From: Spirochaetia bacterium
GTDB taxonomy: Bacteria > Spirochaetota > Spirochaetia > DSM-2461
Length of the DNA: 64,000 bases
Assembly: GCA_963666985.2 (NCBI GenBank)
Contig: CAXXIA010000002.1
Location: 2,912,001-2,976,000 of the forward strand
Reading direction: 5' to 3'
Part shown: piece by piece, positions 39,363 to 48,895 of the stretch
Numbering within the stretch: the first letter of the stretch is position 1
Layout: the number at the start of each line of letters is the position of its first letter
Made by a program: the position numbers and the translations under genes
The notes under the pieces: model-generated
Told to the model about the DNA's origin: nothing
Seen by the model: the letters and a program-made list of their open reading frames with translations, nothing else
Database searches by the model: none

Positions 39363-40289
39363 CTACCTGTCGCCCCTGACGAAGGCTTCACCCAGGGTGG
39401 CCGGAGCATTCATTCTGCGCTGACCGGATTTTGAGAGGCCGTAAAGGAAGAGCACCACCAGCGTGGAGAGGTAAGGCAGCATGGCCAGGATGTTCGGAGA
39501 AATGCCCAGGGGCTGCAGCATGTACTGCAGAACGAAGATTCCTCCGAAAAGATAGGCTCCCACGAAGGCCATGCCCGGCTGCCACAGAGAGAAGATGGTC
39601 AGCGCGATGACGATCCAGCCCCGTCCCGCGGTCATTCCTTCGTTCCAGGATCCGCTGTAAGCGGTTGAAAGGTAGGCGCCGGCCATTCCGGCCAAGCCCC
39701 CGCCGGCCATAACGGCAAGATATTTCACTCTGTTGACGGGAATCCCCTGTGATTCGGCGGCCTTGGGGTTCTCGCCGACCGAACGCAGGGTAATGCCCAG
39801 ACGCGTGTGCTTCAGAAGGAACCAGGCAATGATGCCGATGAGCACCGAGAGGTACACATAGGCGTCGTGCTGAAAAAGAATCGAACCTACCACGGGCAGA
39901 TCGGAAAGACCGGGAATGTTCAAAAACGGCATTTTATTCTGCAGAGGGTGGCCGATGTAGGGCTTGCCCCAGAGACCGCTGATTCCCAGTCCGAGCATGG
40001 TCAGGGCCAATCCGCTGACCACCTGGTTCGCACGCAGGCCGATGCAGACAAAACCGTGCAGACTCGCCAGGAGCATTCCCACGAGTATGGCCGCCAGGAG
40101 TCCCAGCCATGGGTTTCCGGAAGTGAAGGTAACGATGAAGCCCGTAACCGCACCCGCGGACATCAGTCCTTCCATGCCGAGATTCATGATTCCGGAGCGT
40201 TCGGTGATGATTTCTCCCAGGGTACCCAGAAGCAGGGGCGTTCCGGCGATGATGGTTCGGGTAAGAACGGATACGAAGAGATTAAGCAT
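39363..40289 (-). CDS. Nucleoside/purine ABC transporter permease
   Basis: ERSGIMNLGMEG, GENPKAA, GRGWI, LPY. Confidence 0.88.
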   Translation of the reverse strand: MLNLFVSVLTRTIIAGTPLLLGTLGEIITERSGIMNLGMEGLMSAGAVTGFIVTFTSGNPWLGLLAAILVGMLLASLHGFVCIGLRANQVVSGLALTMLGLGISGLWGKPYIGHPLQNKMPFLNIPGLSDLPVVGSILFQHDAYVYLSVLIGIIAWFLLKHTRLGITLRSVGENPKAAESQGIPVNRVKYLAVMAGGGLAGMAGAYLSTAYSGSWNEGMTAGRGWIVIALTIFSLWQPGMAFVGAYLFGGIFVLQYMLQPLGISPNILAMLPYLSTLVVLFLYGLSKSGQRRMNAPATLGEAFVRGDR

Positions 40290-41370
40290 GGACGGCGGCT
40301 CCTTTCCGGATGCGGATTCTGTGACTGATGAAGAAATCCCCCATAATCAGGAACGTCAGGATCATTCCGTTGAAAACATTCACCGTGGCGGCGGGCATCT
40401 GCATCGAAATCTGAATGGCGTCTCCGCCGACGATAATGCCCGCGAAGAACAATCCTGAGATAATGGTGTAGGCCGGATTCAGTCTGGCCAGCCAAGCCAC
40501 GATGATGGCGGTGAATCCGTACCCGGCGCTCAACGTTTCCGGATAGCTTAAGTAGTGATGGATGGACATCAGTTCTCCGGCTCCGGCCAGTCCCGCCATG
40601 CCTCCGGATATGGCCATAAGAACCAGGGAGGTGCGGAAAAAGTTTATTCCGGAATACCGGGCGGCATGGGTATTCTCGCCGATGACTCGAATCTCATAAC
40701 CGAATCGGCTGCGGTACACCAGCCAGCCCAGAATCAGCGCTCCGGCGGCGGCGAGAATGAGCAGAACCGGAGAAATGCGGGAGTAGGGCAGATGTTTCAA
40801 AATCCCGGCCGCCGGCAGATCGTCCGTGTAGGGATATCCGCCCTTTGTGGCGCCTTTCCAGGGACCGACCACGAGAAACTTGACGAATTCGGCCGCGATG
40901 TAGTTCAGCATGAGGGTGGAAATCACTTCGTTGATTCCGAATTTGATTTTCAATACCGCCGGAATCATTCCCCAAAGTCCGCCGCCGATGAAGGCGACCA
41001 GGAACATCAGCGGAACCAGAACCACGGCCGGCAGATGGGGGCCCCAGTTCAGGCCTGCCCAGGTTGCGAAAATGCCGCCCACCAAGAGCTGGCTTTCGGC
41101 GCCGATGTTCCAGAATTTGGCTTTATAGGCCATGGCCAGTCCGCTTCCGATCAGGATGAGGGGGATGGCCTTTGTAATGGTTTCCTTAATGCCGTACAGA
41201 CTGCCGAAGCATCCTTTGAAAATGGCGAAGATGGCGGCGGCCGGATTCACACCGTTGAGGGCGAAGACAACGCTTACGGCCAGCAAACCCGCGATGAGCG
41301 AGGTTACTAGGATGAGGAGGTTCAGCGCCGGCGTGGTGCGTTCCCTCGGGAACAGATCGATTTGCATCAC
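40282..41370 (-). CDS. Nucleoside/purine ABC transporter permease
   Basis: WNIGAE.Q, NEVISTLMLNYIA, GYGFTAI.VA.LA.LNP. Confidence 0.88.
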   Translation of the reverse strand: MMQIDLFPRERTTPALNLLILVTSLIAGLLAVSVVFALNGVNPAAAIFAIFKGCFGSLYGIKETITKAIPLILIGSGLAMAYKAKFWNIGAESQLLVGGIFATWAGLNWGPHLPAVVLVPLMFLVAFIGGGLWGMIPAVLKIKFGINEVISTLMLNYIAAEFVKFLVVGPWKGATKGGYPYTDDLPAAGILKHLPYSRISPVLLILAAAGALILGWLVYRSRFGYEIRVIGENTHAARYSGINFFRTSLVLMAISGGMAGLAGAGELMSIHHYLSYPETLSAGYGFTAIIVAWLARLNPAYTIISGLFFAGIIVGGDAIQISMQMPAATVNVFNGMILTFLIMGDFFISHRIRIRKGAAVHA

Positions 41371-42929
41371 GCGTCCTCCTTGGGCAGGGATGCTTCGGCT
41401 TCCGTGGGATTCACTTCGGAAGCGGACGAACCGGCCATCATCAGGCCGATTTCTTCGATGGTGCAGGCATCCGGGGTGACTTCACCCATAAACTTGCCCT
41501 CGAACATAACCGCGATTCGATCGCAGACCATGAACAGCTCATCCAGATCTTCGGACACCAAAAGCACGGCGCCTCCGCCGTCCCTCAAGGCGATAATCTG
41601 TTTGCGCACGTATTCGGTGGCGCCGACATCCAGACCGTATGTGGGGTGGGCCGCGATGAGCAGATCCGGTTCACCGGAGATTTCACGGCCCAGGATGAGC
41701 TTCTGAATATTTCCGCCCGAAAGGCTTTTTACCTGAATGTTGATGGACGGGGTATCAACCTGGAATCCGTCGACGAGTTTCTCGGCATGGTCCTTGATTA
41801 CACCGTAATTCATCTGAAGCCCATTGCTGAACGGAGCGTCGCGATGCTGCTTGAGTACGGAATTTTCATAAAGAAGCAAATTCGGGACGATTCCGTATTT
41901 AATCCGTTCTTCGGGAACATGCGTGATGCCGAGTGTGTGGGCTTTCCGGGCGTCGGCATGGTCCAGAGGCTTCCCCTTCATCGTTATGGTGCCGTTCAGC
42001 GGGGTGCGCAGACCGGTAATCGTTTCCACCAGTTCCTGCTGACCGTTTCCCGAAACACCGGCGATTCCCAGGATTTCTCCGCTGCGGACTTCCAGGTTCA
42101 GATTACGGACCGCCGGCAGCCCCCGGTCCGAATCAACATCCAGATTCGTTACCTTCAGCACCGTTTTTCCGGGAGGTCTGTCGGCTTTGGGATAAGCCGT
42201 GGCAATCTGCCTCCCGATCATCATTTCGGCCAGCTTTCCTTTATTCACGTCTTTAATGGAGGCTTCTCCGGTTACTTGGCCTTTGCGGAGAACCATCACC
42301 CGGTTGCAGATGCTCAGGATTTCTTCGAGCTTGTGACTGATCAGGATGACCGAATGCCCCCCCGAACACATTTTTTTAAGAATCTCGAAGAGTTCGTCCG
42401 CTTCCTGCGGAGTAAGAACCGAAGTCGGTTCGTCCATGATGAGCAGGTCGGCGTTTCGGGAAAGAGCCTTAATGATTTCCACGCGCTGCTGCTCACCGGC
42501 GGAGAGTTCCCATATGGGCTTGTCCGGATCCACTTCCAGTCCGTATTGAGACGAGAGTTCCCTGATTCGTCCCCGCAGCTTCTTATGCGGAAAGAAGAAC
42601 GGCGCGTCTTCGTATCCCAAGGCGATGTTTTCGAGAACCGAATGCTTCTCCACCAGCATGAAGTGCTGATGGATCATGCCGATTCCCGCTCTCATGCTGT
42701 CCTTGGGGCTTCGAAGCCGTATCAGTTCGTTGTTGATCAGGATGTCGCCTTCATCGGGGTAGTAAAGGCCGAAGAGGATGTTCATCAGCGTCGTTTTTCC
42801 GGCGCCGTTTTCGCCGAGCAGTCCCAGGATTTCCCCGGATTCCACTTTGAGGTTAATATCCCTGTTTGCTTTTACCTCAAGAAAGGATTTGCTGATGCCC
42901 CGCATTTCGAGTGACTGGATTCTGTTCAA
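41367..42929 (-). CDS. Nucleoside/purine ABC transporter ATP-binding protein
   Basis: GENGAGKT, HQHFMLV, DEPTSVLTPQE, GVSGNGQ, LSGGNIQK; GGAGG RBS before TTG at 42929. Confidence 0.9.
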   Translation of the reverse strand: MNRIQSLEMRGISKSFLEVKANRDINLKVESGEILGLLGENGAGKTTLMNILFGLYYPDEGDILINNELIRLRSPKDSMRAGIGMIHQHFMLVEKHSVLENIALGYEDAPFFFPHKKLRGRIRELSSQYGLEVDPDKPIWELSAGEQQRVEIIKALSRNADLLIMDEPTSVLTPQEADELFEILKKMCSGGHSVILISHKLEEILSICNRVMVLRKGQVTGEASIKDVNKGKLAEMMIGRQIATAYPKADRPPGKTVLKVTNLDVDSDRGLPAVRNLNLEVRSGEILGIAGVSGNGQQELVETITGLRTPLNGTITMKGKPLDHADARKAHTLGITHVPEERIKYGIVPNLLLYENSVLKQHRDAPFSNGLQMNYGVIKDHAEKLVDGFQVDTPSINIQVKSLSGGNIQKLILGREISGEPDLLIAAHPTYGLDVGATEYVRKQIIALRDGGGAVLLVSEDLDELFMVCDRIAVMFEGKFMGEVTPDACTIEEIGLMMAGSSASEVNPTEAEASLPKEDA

Positions 42930-43218
42930 GGGAACCTCCGTACCGCTTTTCGTCCCGGCGAAAATGGGGCCGGCCGCGGTGATGCGGCTGCCGGAATCGT
43001 CCGTAATCGGCCACGGCTCCGGCGACAGCCCTAGGCTATCAGTCCTAAGGCAGGTGCACAATAAAAGAGAATACCATAGCTTCAGCGTTTCGATGAGTAC
43101 CTTTTGTTTTTTCCAAAGAACGCGCTTTGAGGCGGGAGACACTTCAAGACCGTTTCGGCGTAGCGGAAGATGCCGCGGGAGCCTGAGAAGCGCCGCCCTC
43201 CGGTCGGGCCGTACGGGA

Positions 43219-44421
43219 TTAATCGACGGCTTCGGCCGCCGGCTTAATTTCTTCCGCACCGACAGATTCGATCGGCGTGAAATCGAAGCGTTTGTAAATA
43301 TCGGAAAACAAACTCCGGACGATCTCTTCCGAAAAGCCGATCTCTTCGGGATCCAGGCGTTTGGGATTGGCGTACTCGTCGGTTTTTTTCGATTCCCGTT
43401 TCAGCCGCTCTTCAAAATCGTCGGTCATGGGAAGGTTGAAATGGGCATAGAGATTCCGGATGGTGCGTGCCGGCCGGGCGATGAGATTTCTGTATTCGAT
43501 GATAAGCCGATCCTCACTCGGCATTCCGTCGAGAACCTCCAAAGGATATTCGTACCAGTGGCGCGTCATCTGAAGCAGTTCGTTCCGAAACGGATAATCA
43601 TCCGTGGGCGATGCGAAATAGTGCCAGCAGAAAGAAAACCATGCCGACTGCGACACGAGGACTTTGGCCGGATCTCTGACTAAATAGACAATACGAGAAT
43701 CGGGGAAGGCCTCTTTCAAACTTTGCAGCTTGGGCGTGAAGGCCGGATTCTTCGACAGGTAGACCGGGGCGTTCGGATGGCAGTAGAGATGGCGGCGGAT
43801 ACAGGCGCGATAAAAAGCATACTTTCTTTTCTGGCGGCGAGGACTCATTTCCCTATCGGCGTACTGGTAGTCTTCGATACCGTCCGTATCGGGGAAAAAA
43901 AACCAGGTGAACAGAGAATCCCAGAGGAAAAGGAGGAGTCCTTCATCTTCCTCCTCTTTCCAAAGTCCCACTTGGTGCAGCTGGATATCGCCGAGACTGC
44001 CCGAATCGTAGTTTTTAAGTCGTTTAATAATCGGTGACCCGACGAGTGAATCCAGTTTCTTCCAAGCTTTAAGAATTTTCCTTTGAAGAATGGAAGGCGC
44101 GAGATAAATCTCCCAGGTTTTGAAGGTACTGAAGTTCTCCGAATCTCCGGCGAGAAGCCGGTGCAGGAACGTGGTGCCGCTGCGGAACAGGCCGGTTATA
44201 AAGAGCGGCTTGTTGATGACGGTTTTTCTCCATCGGGGGAAGAAGATGTTGTCCAAAAAAAAGCAAAGACGGGTAACGATTTGATGCGGGATGAACAGAA
44301 TCCAGAATATGAGGAGGACTTTGATCCGATGACACGTCAGGCGGCGGTGCGTCCCTCTCGTGCCGAAGACGGACCTGACGGCCTGTCTTCCCAGGTGCCT
44401 TATGTTGAAAGGCATCGCCAT
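43219..44421 (-). CDS. PAPS-dependent sulfotransferase
   Basis: ITGLFRSGTTFLHRLL (5'-PSB), KNP, YLVRDP...S (3'-PB). Confidence 0.85.
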   Translation of the reverse strand: MAMPFNIRHLGRQAVRSVFGTRGTHRRLTCHRIKVLLIFWILFIPHQIVTRLCFFLDNIFFPRWRKTVINKPLFITGLFRSGTTFLHRLLAGDSENFSTFKTWEIYLAPSILQRKILKAWKKLDSLVGSPIIKRLKNYDSGSLGDIQLHQVGLWKEEEDEGLLLFLWDSLFTWFFFPDTDGIEDYQYADREMSPRRQKRKYAFYRACIRRHLYCHPNAPVYLSKNPAFTPKLQSLKEAFPDSRIVYLVRDPAKVLVSQSAWFSFCWHYFASPTDDYPFRNELLQMTRHWYEYPLEVLDGMPSEDRLIIEYRNLIARPARTIRNLYAHFNLPMTDDFEERLKRESKKTDEYANPKRLDPEEIGFSEEIVRSLFSDIYKRFDFTPIESVGAEEIKPAAEAVD

Positions 44422-44423
44422 CG

Positions 44424-45464
44424 TTAGCGGCGTGTTTTACGGTTTTGGGAACCGCCCTTGCCTGACTTCGCCGGTGTTTTTTTCGAAGATTGTCCCCCGT
44501 GCGCTCCGGATGCGGACGTTTTGGCCGCCGAGGACTTTCCGCTCGGCCGTTCATCCGGGTTTCCGTAAACGGCGTTGGGTACGTTTTTCCGAAAACTCAT
44601 CAAAAGGCCGAGGGCGCCCGCCAGCACCATGGGAACGCTGAAAAGCATGCTGAGCGTAAACCAGTTCCCCGCGATAATGGCCGAATGACTGGTGGGGAAG
44701 CGGTAGAATTCCATCCAGAACCGCATCAGACCGTAGCATAAGAGGAAAAGACTTAAAATCGATCCGCGCGGCTTCGGCTTCCCGACGTTCCGGAACGCCA
44801 GAAGAATGAAAAAGAGAATGATGCCTTCAAGAATCAATTCATAGAGCTGTACCGGATGCCGCGGCAGGTTCACCAATCCCGAAGGCGGAGTTTTCATACC
44901 GATTTCAGCCATCCGTTCGGACACCCAGGGAACGGACGGATCGAATCGGTTTGCGTTCGGAACCGTTGAAAACACCATGGCCCAGGGCGCTCGGCTCGGT
45001 TTTCCCCAGAACTCTCCGTTGATGAAATTCCCGAACCGTCCGAAGGCCAGGCCGATGGGGGCCGGAATGATGATGAGATCGGCCACGTCCAGGTAATTAA
45101 GATCCGTCTTTCGGATGGCCAGCCACGGCAGAAACATGGCGGCGATGAGCCCGCCGAAGAAATACATCCCGCCGTCCCAGACATGCAGGATTTGAAGAGG
45201 GTTGCTTAAGTAGTAGGAGGGATGGACGAACAGACAGAATCCGAGACGTCCGCCTGCCAGAACTCCCAGGAAAATGAGAGCGATGATGTTCGAAAATTCA
45301 TCCGAACTCATAACGATTTGTTTGCGTTTGATGTGCCGCTGGACGAAAAAATAAGCGAAAAGGAATCCGCAGAGATACATCATCCCATACCAGCTGACGG
45401 CCAGCGGGCCGGGAAGCTCGAGAAGAATAGGATTGAATTGAGGGGCCGTCAGGTAGGACTTCAT
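44424..45464 (-). CDS. lgt: Prolipoprotein diacylglyceryl transferase
   Basis: WYG, GGRLG, GRFGNFINGE.WG, HPVQLYE, YG..RF..EFYR. Confidence 0.9.
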   Translation of the reverse strand: MKSYLTAPQFNPILLELPGPLAVSWYGMMYLCGFLFAYFFVQRHIKRKQIVMSSDEFSNIIALIFLGVLAGGRLGFCLFVHPSYYLSNPLQILHVWDGGMYFFGGLIAAMFLPWLAIRKTDLNYLDVADLIIIPAPIGLAFGRFGNFINGEFWGKPSRAPWAMVFSTVPNANRFDPSVPWVSERMAEIGMKTPPSGLVNLPRHPVQLYELILEGIILFFILLAFRNVGKPKPRGSILSLFLLCYGLMRFWMEFYRFPTSHSAIIAGNWFTLSMLFSVPMVLAGALGLLMSFRKNVPNAVYGNPDERPSGKSSAAKTSASGAHGGQSSKKTPAKSGKGGSQNRKTRR

Positions 45465-46020
45465 TGATGTTCCTCAGTGTAGCGGTCCAACTCCGGGGTG
45501 GCAACGGGCCGGAGGGATTATCGCGCCTTTGCGCGGCTCTTTCTTATGAGCCTCAGGCATAAAACCAAGAATCCCTTGACTGACGAATCGATAATAATCC
45601 CAAAGAACGAACAGTTCCGGAGCCGTCATAAGGCTGGAGGCGATAAAAAGAGATGCGTTATTTCGGTGTTCGGGATTTCGATTTTTTACAAGCCGGGAAT
45701 AAAAGAACCTTCCTCATGCAGAAAGGCGAGAAAAATATTTCTAAACGTCATAATCGTCTGAAAAAAATACTGTACATATCCCGGCATATCTTCATCTTAT
45801 CAACTCGGCTGAGATCGAAAGATTTTCCTGTTTCTCATAAAAAAGCGATATTAGACGGGAATGATGAAAAACGCGTCATTATAATTGGAGAATTGGAGAA
45901 TCATAGAAGCCGGGCCGAAGAGGAACTCTTGATTCCCGCGGACGATTTATTCTTTCGAATCGGCATCGGCCGGGGAAGCCTCCGCTCCGATGCCGATTCG
46001 AAACCTTAAAGGGAAAATTA

Positions 46021-47382
46021 TTGAGCAATACGGAACAAAGAACGGAACGTCTCGATCTGGGAATAGCCCCTATCGGGCGGATGCTGCTGAAATTATCGCT
46101 GCCGGCAACCTTCGCCATGGTTGTGAATGGTCTGTACAATTTGGTGGATACGTTTTTCATCGGAAGAAGGGTCGGTACGAACGGCATCGGAGGATTGGCG
46201 CTGGCTTTTCCCGTACAGATGATCGTTATGGCCGTCGGTCTCGCCGTCGGGCAAGGAACCGCATCGGTCGTCTCCAGGAATCTCGGCGCGAATAATGAAG
46301 AAAAAGCACGCCGCGCCGCGGGCGTCGCCGTCGCCATGTCCCTCACTTTCGGATTGGTTATTTTCATCGCGGGAAAGATTTTTCTGGAACCGCTGCTGAA
46401 CATTCTGGGAGCCACGGAAGCTCTGCACGAATATGCACGCAGCTACTTGAACGTGATTCTCTTCGGGTTTCCCGTAATGACGATAACGATGACCTTTAAC
46501 AATCTTTTGCGTTCCGAAGGCATGGCCAAACAGTCCATGACCGTCATGCTTATCGGCGCATTAACCAACATCGTCTTAGATCCTCTGTTTATCTTTGTTT
46601 TCAATATGGGCGTGGCCGGCGCCGCGTGGGCGACCGTTATCGGACAGGCCTTTTCGCTGCTCTATGCCGCCTATTTTTACCTAATGAAGAAAACCCATGT
46701 CACGATAGGGCTTAAAGATTTAATTCCGGAAGTCTCGGTGATGAAGGAAATCTTCGGATTGGGCCTTCCGTCCTTTGTGCGGCAGGCGGGGCAGAGCATC
46801 GTCGCCATGATGATCAACAATCTCTTGGGACGCTACGGCGGCGATCTTTACATTTCGGCGTACGGAATCGTGTATCGAATCGTGATGTTCTGCTTCATGC
46901 CCATGTTCGGTTTGGTTCAGGGATTCCAGCCGCTTGCGGGCTATAACTACGGAGCAAAATTGTACGGCCGCGTCAGGCGAACGTTAAAAGTAACCATATC
47001 CGCGGCGAGCGTGTATTCGGCCGCCGGCTTTCTGATGATGTTTTTGTTCCCGGGACTTCTGGCCCGGATTTTCACAACGGACGGCGCACTCATCGATACC
47101 TCCGAATATGTTATGAGGCATATCGTCCTTATGTTTGCCCTCTTGGGAATGCAGGTTGTCGGCGGACAGTACTTTCAATCGACCGGGAAGCCCTTTCCGA
47201 GTTTGATCCTGAATCTTTCCAGGCAGTTTATCTTTTTGATTCCTCTGCTTCTGTTCATGCCCGGACTTTTCGGAATCAAGGGGATTCTGCTTTGCTTTCC
47301 GATCGCCGACGTTCTTTCCGTCGCGCTGACGATGACATGGCTTCTGGCTGATTTGAGGCGTCTGCCGAAAAAAGACGGCTAA
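46021..47382 (+). CDS. MATE family efflux transporter (MepA-like)
   Basis: LYNLVDTFFIG, NIVLDPLFIF, MGVAGAAWAT, GYNYGA, RQ. Confidence 0.92.
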   Translation: MSNTEQRTERLDLGIAPIGRMLLKLSLPATFAMVVNGLYNLVDTFFIGRRVGTNGIGGLALAFPVQMIVMAVGLAVGQGTASVVSRNLGANNEEKARRAAGVAVAMSLTFGLVIFIAGKIFLEPLLNILGATEALHEYARSYLNVILFGFPVMTITMTFNNLLRSEGMAKQSMTVMLIGALTNIVLDPLFIFVFNMGVAGAAWATVIGQAFSLLYAAYFYLMKKTHVTIGLKDLIPEVSVMKEIFGLGLPSFVRQAGQSIVAMMINNLLGRYGGDLYISAYGIVYRIVMFCFMPMFGLVQGFQPLAGYNYGAKLYGRVRRTLKVTISAASVYSAAGFLMMFLFPGLLARIFTTDGALIDTSEYVMRHIVLMFALLGMQVVGGQYFQSTGKPFPSLILNLSRQFIFLIPLLLFMPGLFGIKGILLCFPIADVLSVALTMTWLLADLRRLPKKDG

Positions 47383-47425
47383 ACGGCCGATTAAGGCCCC
47401 AATCCGATTTTAGAAGGGCAGCGAA

Positions 47426-47571
47426 TCCGGCTCTCCGCTCAAACGGCCTTATCCGTCCCGCTTTTCCGGCTCCGCTCGTCCGCTCCGCCGGTGCTGGTCG
47501 GAAGCCAACGGCTTCCTGCTCGCACATGCAGCCGGACCGGACGGGCCCGTAACCGCTGCGATCCGGGCTGC
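47426..47571. repeat. Dispersed intergenic repeat (MITE/REP-like), copy 2, inverted and with an internal insertion
   Basis: Reverse complement matches 4622-4722 with about 45 extra bp in the middle. Confidence 0.8.
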
Positions 47572-47584
47572 ATCATAATGTCCC

Positions 47585-48817
47585 CTAAATAACGAAGCGG
47601 CCCTCCCTCATTATCGGAATCTCTCCGCCGCCGGCGCTTCGGCCCGTGACTTTCGTTGCGGGCGATCCGATCATGAAGTCCAAGTGGACCAGCGAAGCAT
47701 TGCAGCCGGCGGCGAGTTTCGCCGCATCGTCGGTGAGTTTTTTCCCGTCCTCCAGGCATCCCGTGTATCCCGCTCCCAAGGCGATATGACACGAGGCGTT
47801 TTCATCGAAGAGGATGGAGGCGAAGTTCAGGCCGCTGGAGGCGATGGGCGAGTCGCCGCCCACCAATGCCACCTCCCCGAGGCGGCGGGAGCCCTCGTCG
47901 GTTCCGGCGAATCCTTCCAGCGCGGCTTCTCCGGCATCGGCGCTCCAGCCCGTGAGCAGGCCGCCCTCAAAGGTCAGGCGGGCCCCTTCCACGAGAGTGC
48001 CGCGAATCTCCACCGGACGGGTTACCCGGACCGTGCCTTCCGCGGCGAGGCGGTCGGGAGTGGTGAACACCTCTTCGGTGGGGATGTTCGGCATGGTCCG
48101 AATTCCGTCGGCGGTTTCCGGACCGCCTTTCCAGCGCGACCGATTTAAAAGCCCCACCGTCAAATCGGTCCCGTCATCCTCAAAATGCAGACTTGAGAGG
48201 CTCAGACCGTTGAGCCGTTCGGAGCGTTCCAGGAGTACCTGCGCTTTTTGAATCCAGGCGGCCGACGGATCGGGTTGATCCAGAAGCAGGATGGGCTTGA
48301 GAATGCGCCAAAGATCGTTTGTTTCGGCCTGCGGTCCGAGAATCTGTTTCGCCCACCGCGGTCCGGGTACGGCGGCGACGCACCAGGGAATGGAATGAGC
48401 CGTAACGGCATCGCGGAAGCGTCTGATGTTCGACCGGTGGTTTTTTTCAAGGATCATCAAAGCCTTCTGGTCCGCATCGGCCAAAAGACCGATATCCTCA
48501 TGTGATTCCAGCGCCAAATAGGCCCATTTTTCATCAACGACTGTTTGTTCCCAGGCGGCCGTCCAGCCGGGAAAGGCGGCCAGGGCCTCTTCGTTTCCGG
48601 CCTGTGCGGCGATTCTTGCTTTCGTCAGATACGGATCGACGGGCTGCATTTCAACGATTCGGGCCCCGCGGGCATAAGCGGTCTCGGCGCATTTCCGCGC
48701 CAGCAGGGTTCCTTCGGCGTGGTACCTGATAATCAAGCTGCGTCCTTTCTCGAATCCGAGACCGGCGTTAAGAAGAAGGTCCGCGTAGGGACCGTAGTCA
48801 ATTTCGGGTATATTCAT
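47585..48817 (-). CDS. Aminopeptidase, M29 family (AmpS/PepS)
   Basis: NIPTEEVFTTP, LGEVALV, LFDENASCHIALGAGY, H.DFMIG. Confidence 0.92.
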   Translation of the reverse strand: MNIPEIDYGPYADLLLNAGLGFEKGRSLIIRYHAEGTLLARKCAETAYARGARIVEMQPVDPYLTKARIAAQAGNEEALAAFPGWTAAWEQTVVDEKWAYLALESHEDIGLLADADQKALMILEKNHRSNIRRFRDAVTAHSIPWCVAAVPGPRWAKQILGPQAETNDLWRILKPILLLDQPDPSAAWIQKAQVLLERSERLNGLSLSSLHFEDDGTDLTVGLLNRSRWKGGPETADGIRTMPNIPTEEVFTTPDRLAAEGTVRVTRPVEIRGTLVEGARLTFEGGLLTGWSADAGEAALEGFAGTDEGSRRLGEVALVGGDSPIASSGLNFASILFDENASCHIALGAGYTGCLEDGKKLTDDAAKLAAGCNASLVHLDFMIGSPATKVTGRSAGGGEIPIMREGRFVI

Positions 48818-48895
48818 CGTAAGGAAACTATAGCGTGTTTAACCTCGTGTGTAACGGAAGAGAAGGCGTTACCATGTAGGGATAAAGGATAAAAA

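Noticed and set aside
41646..43683. Long + strand ORFs and the 630-aa extended ATPase start at 43259
   Set aside because: Antisense shadows; the RBS supports TTG at 42929, and the extension overlaps the sulfotransferase gene.
45465..46020. Small ORFs or ncRNA in the lgt-MATE gap
   Set aside because: No motif, RBS support or convincing structure; probably a divergent promoter region.
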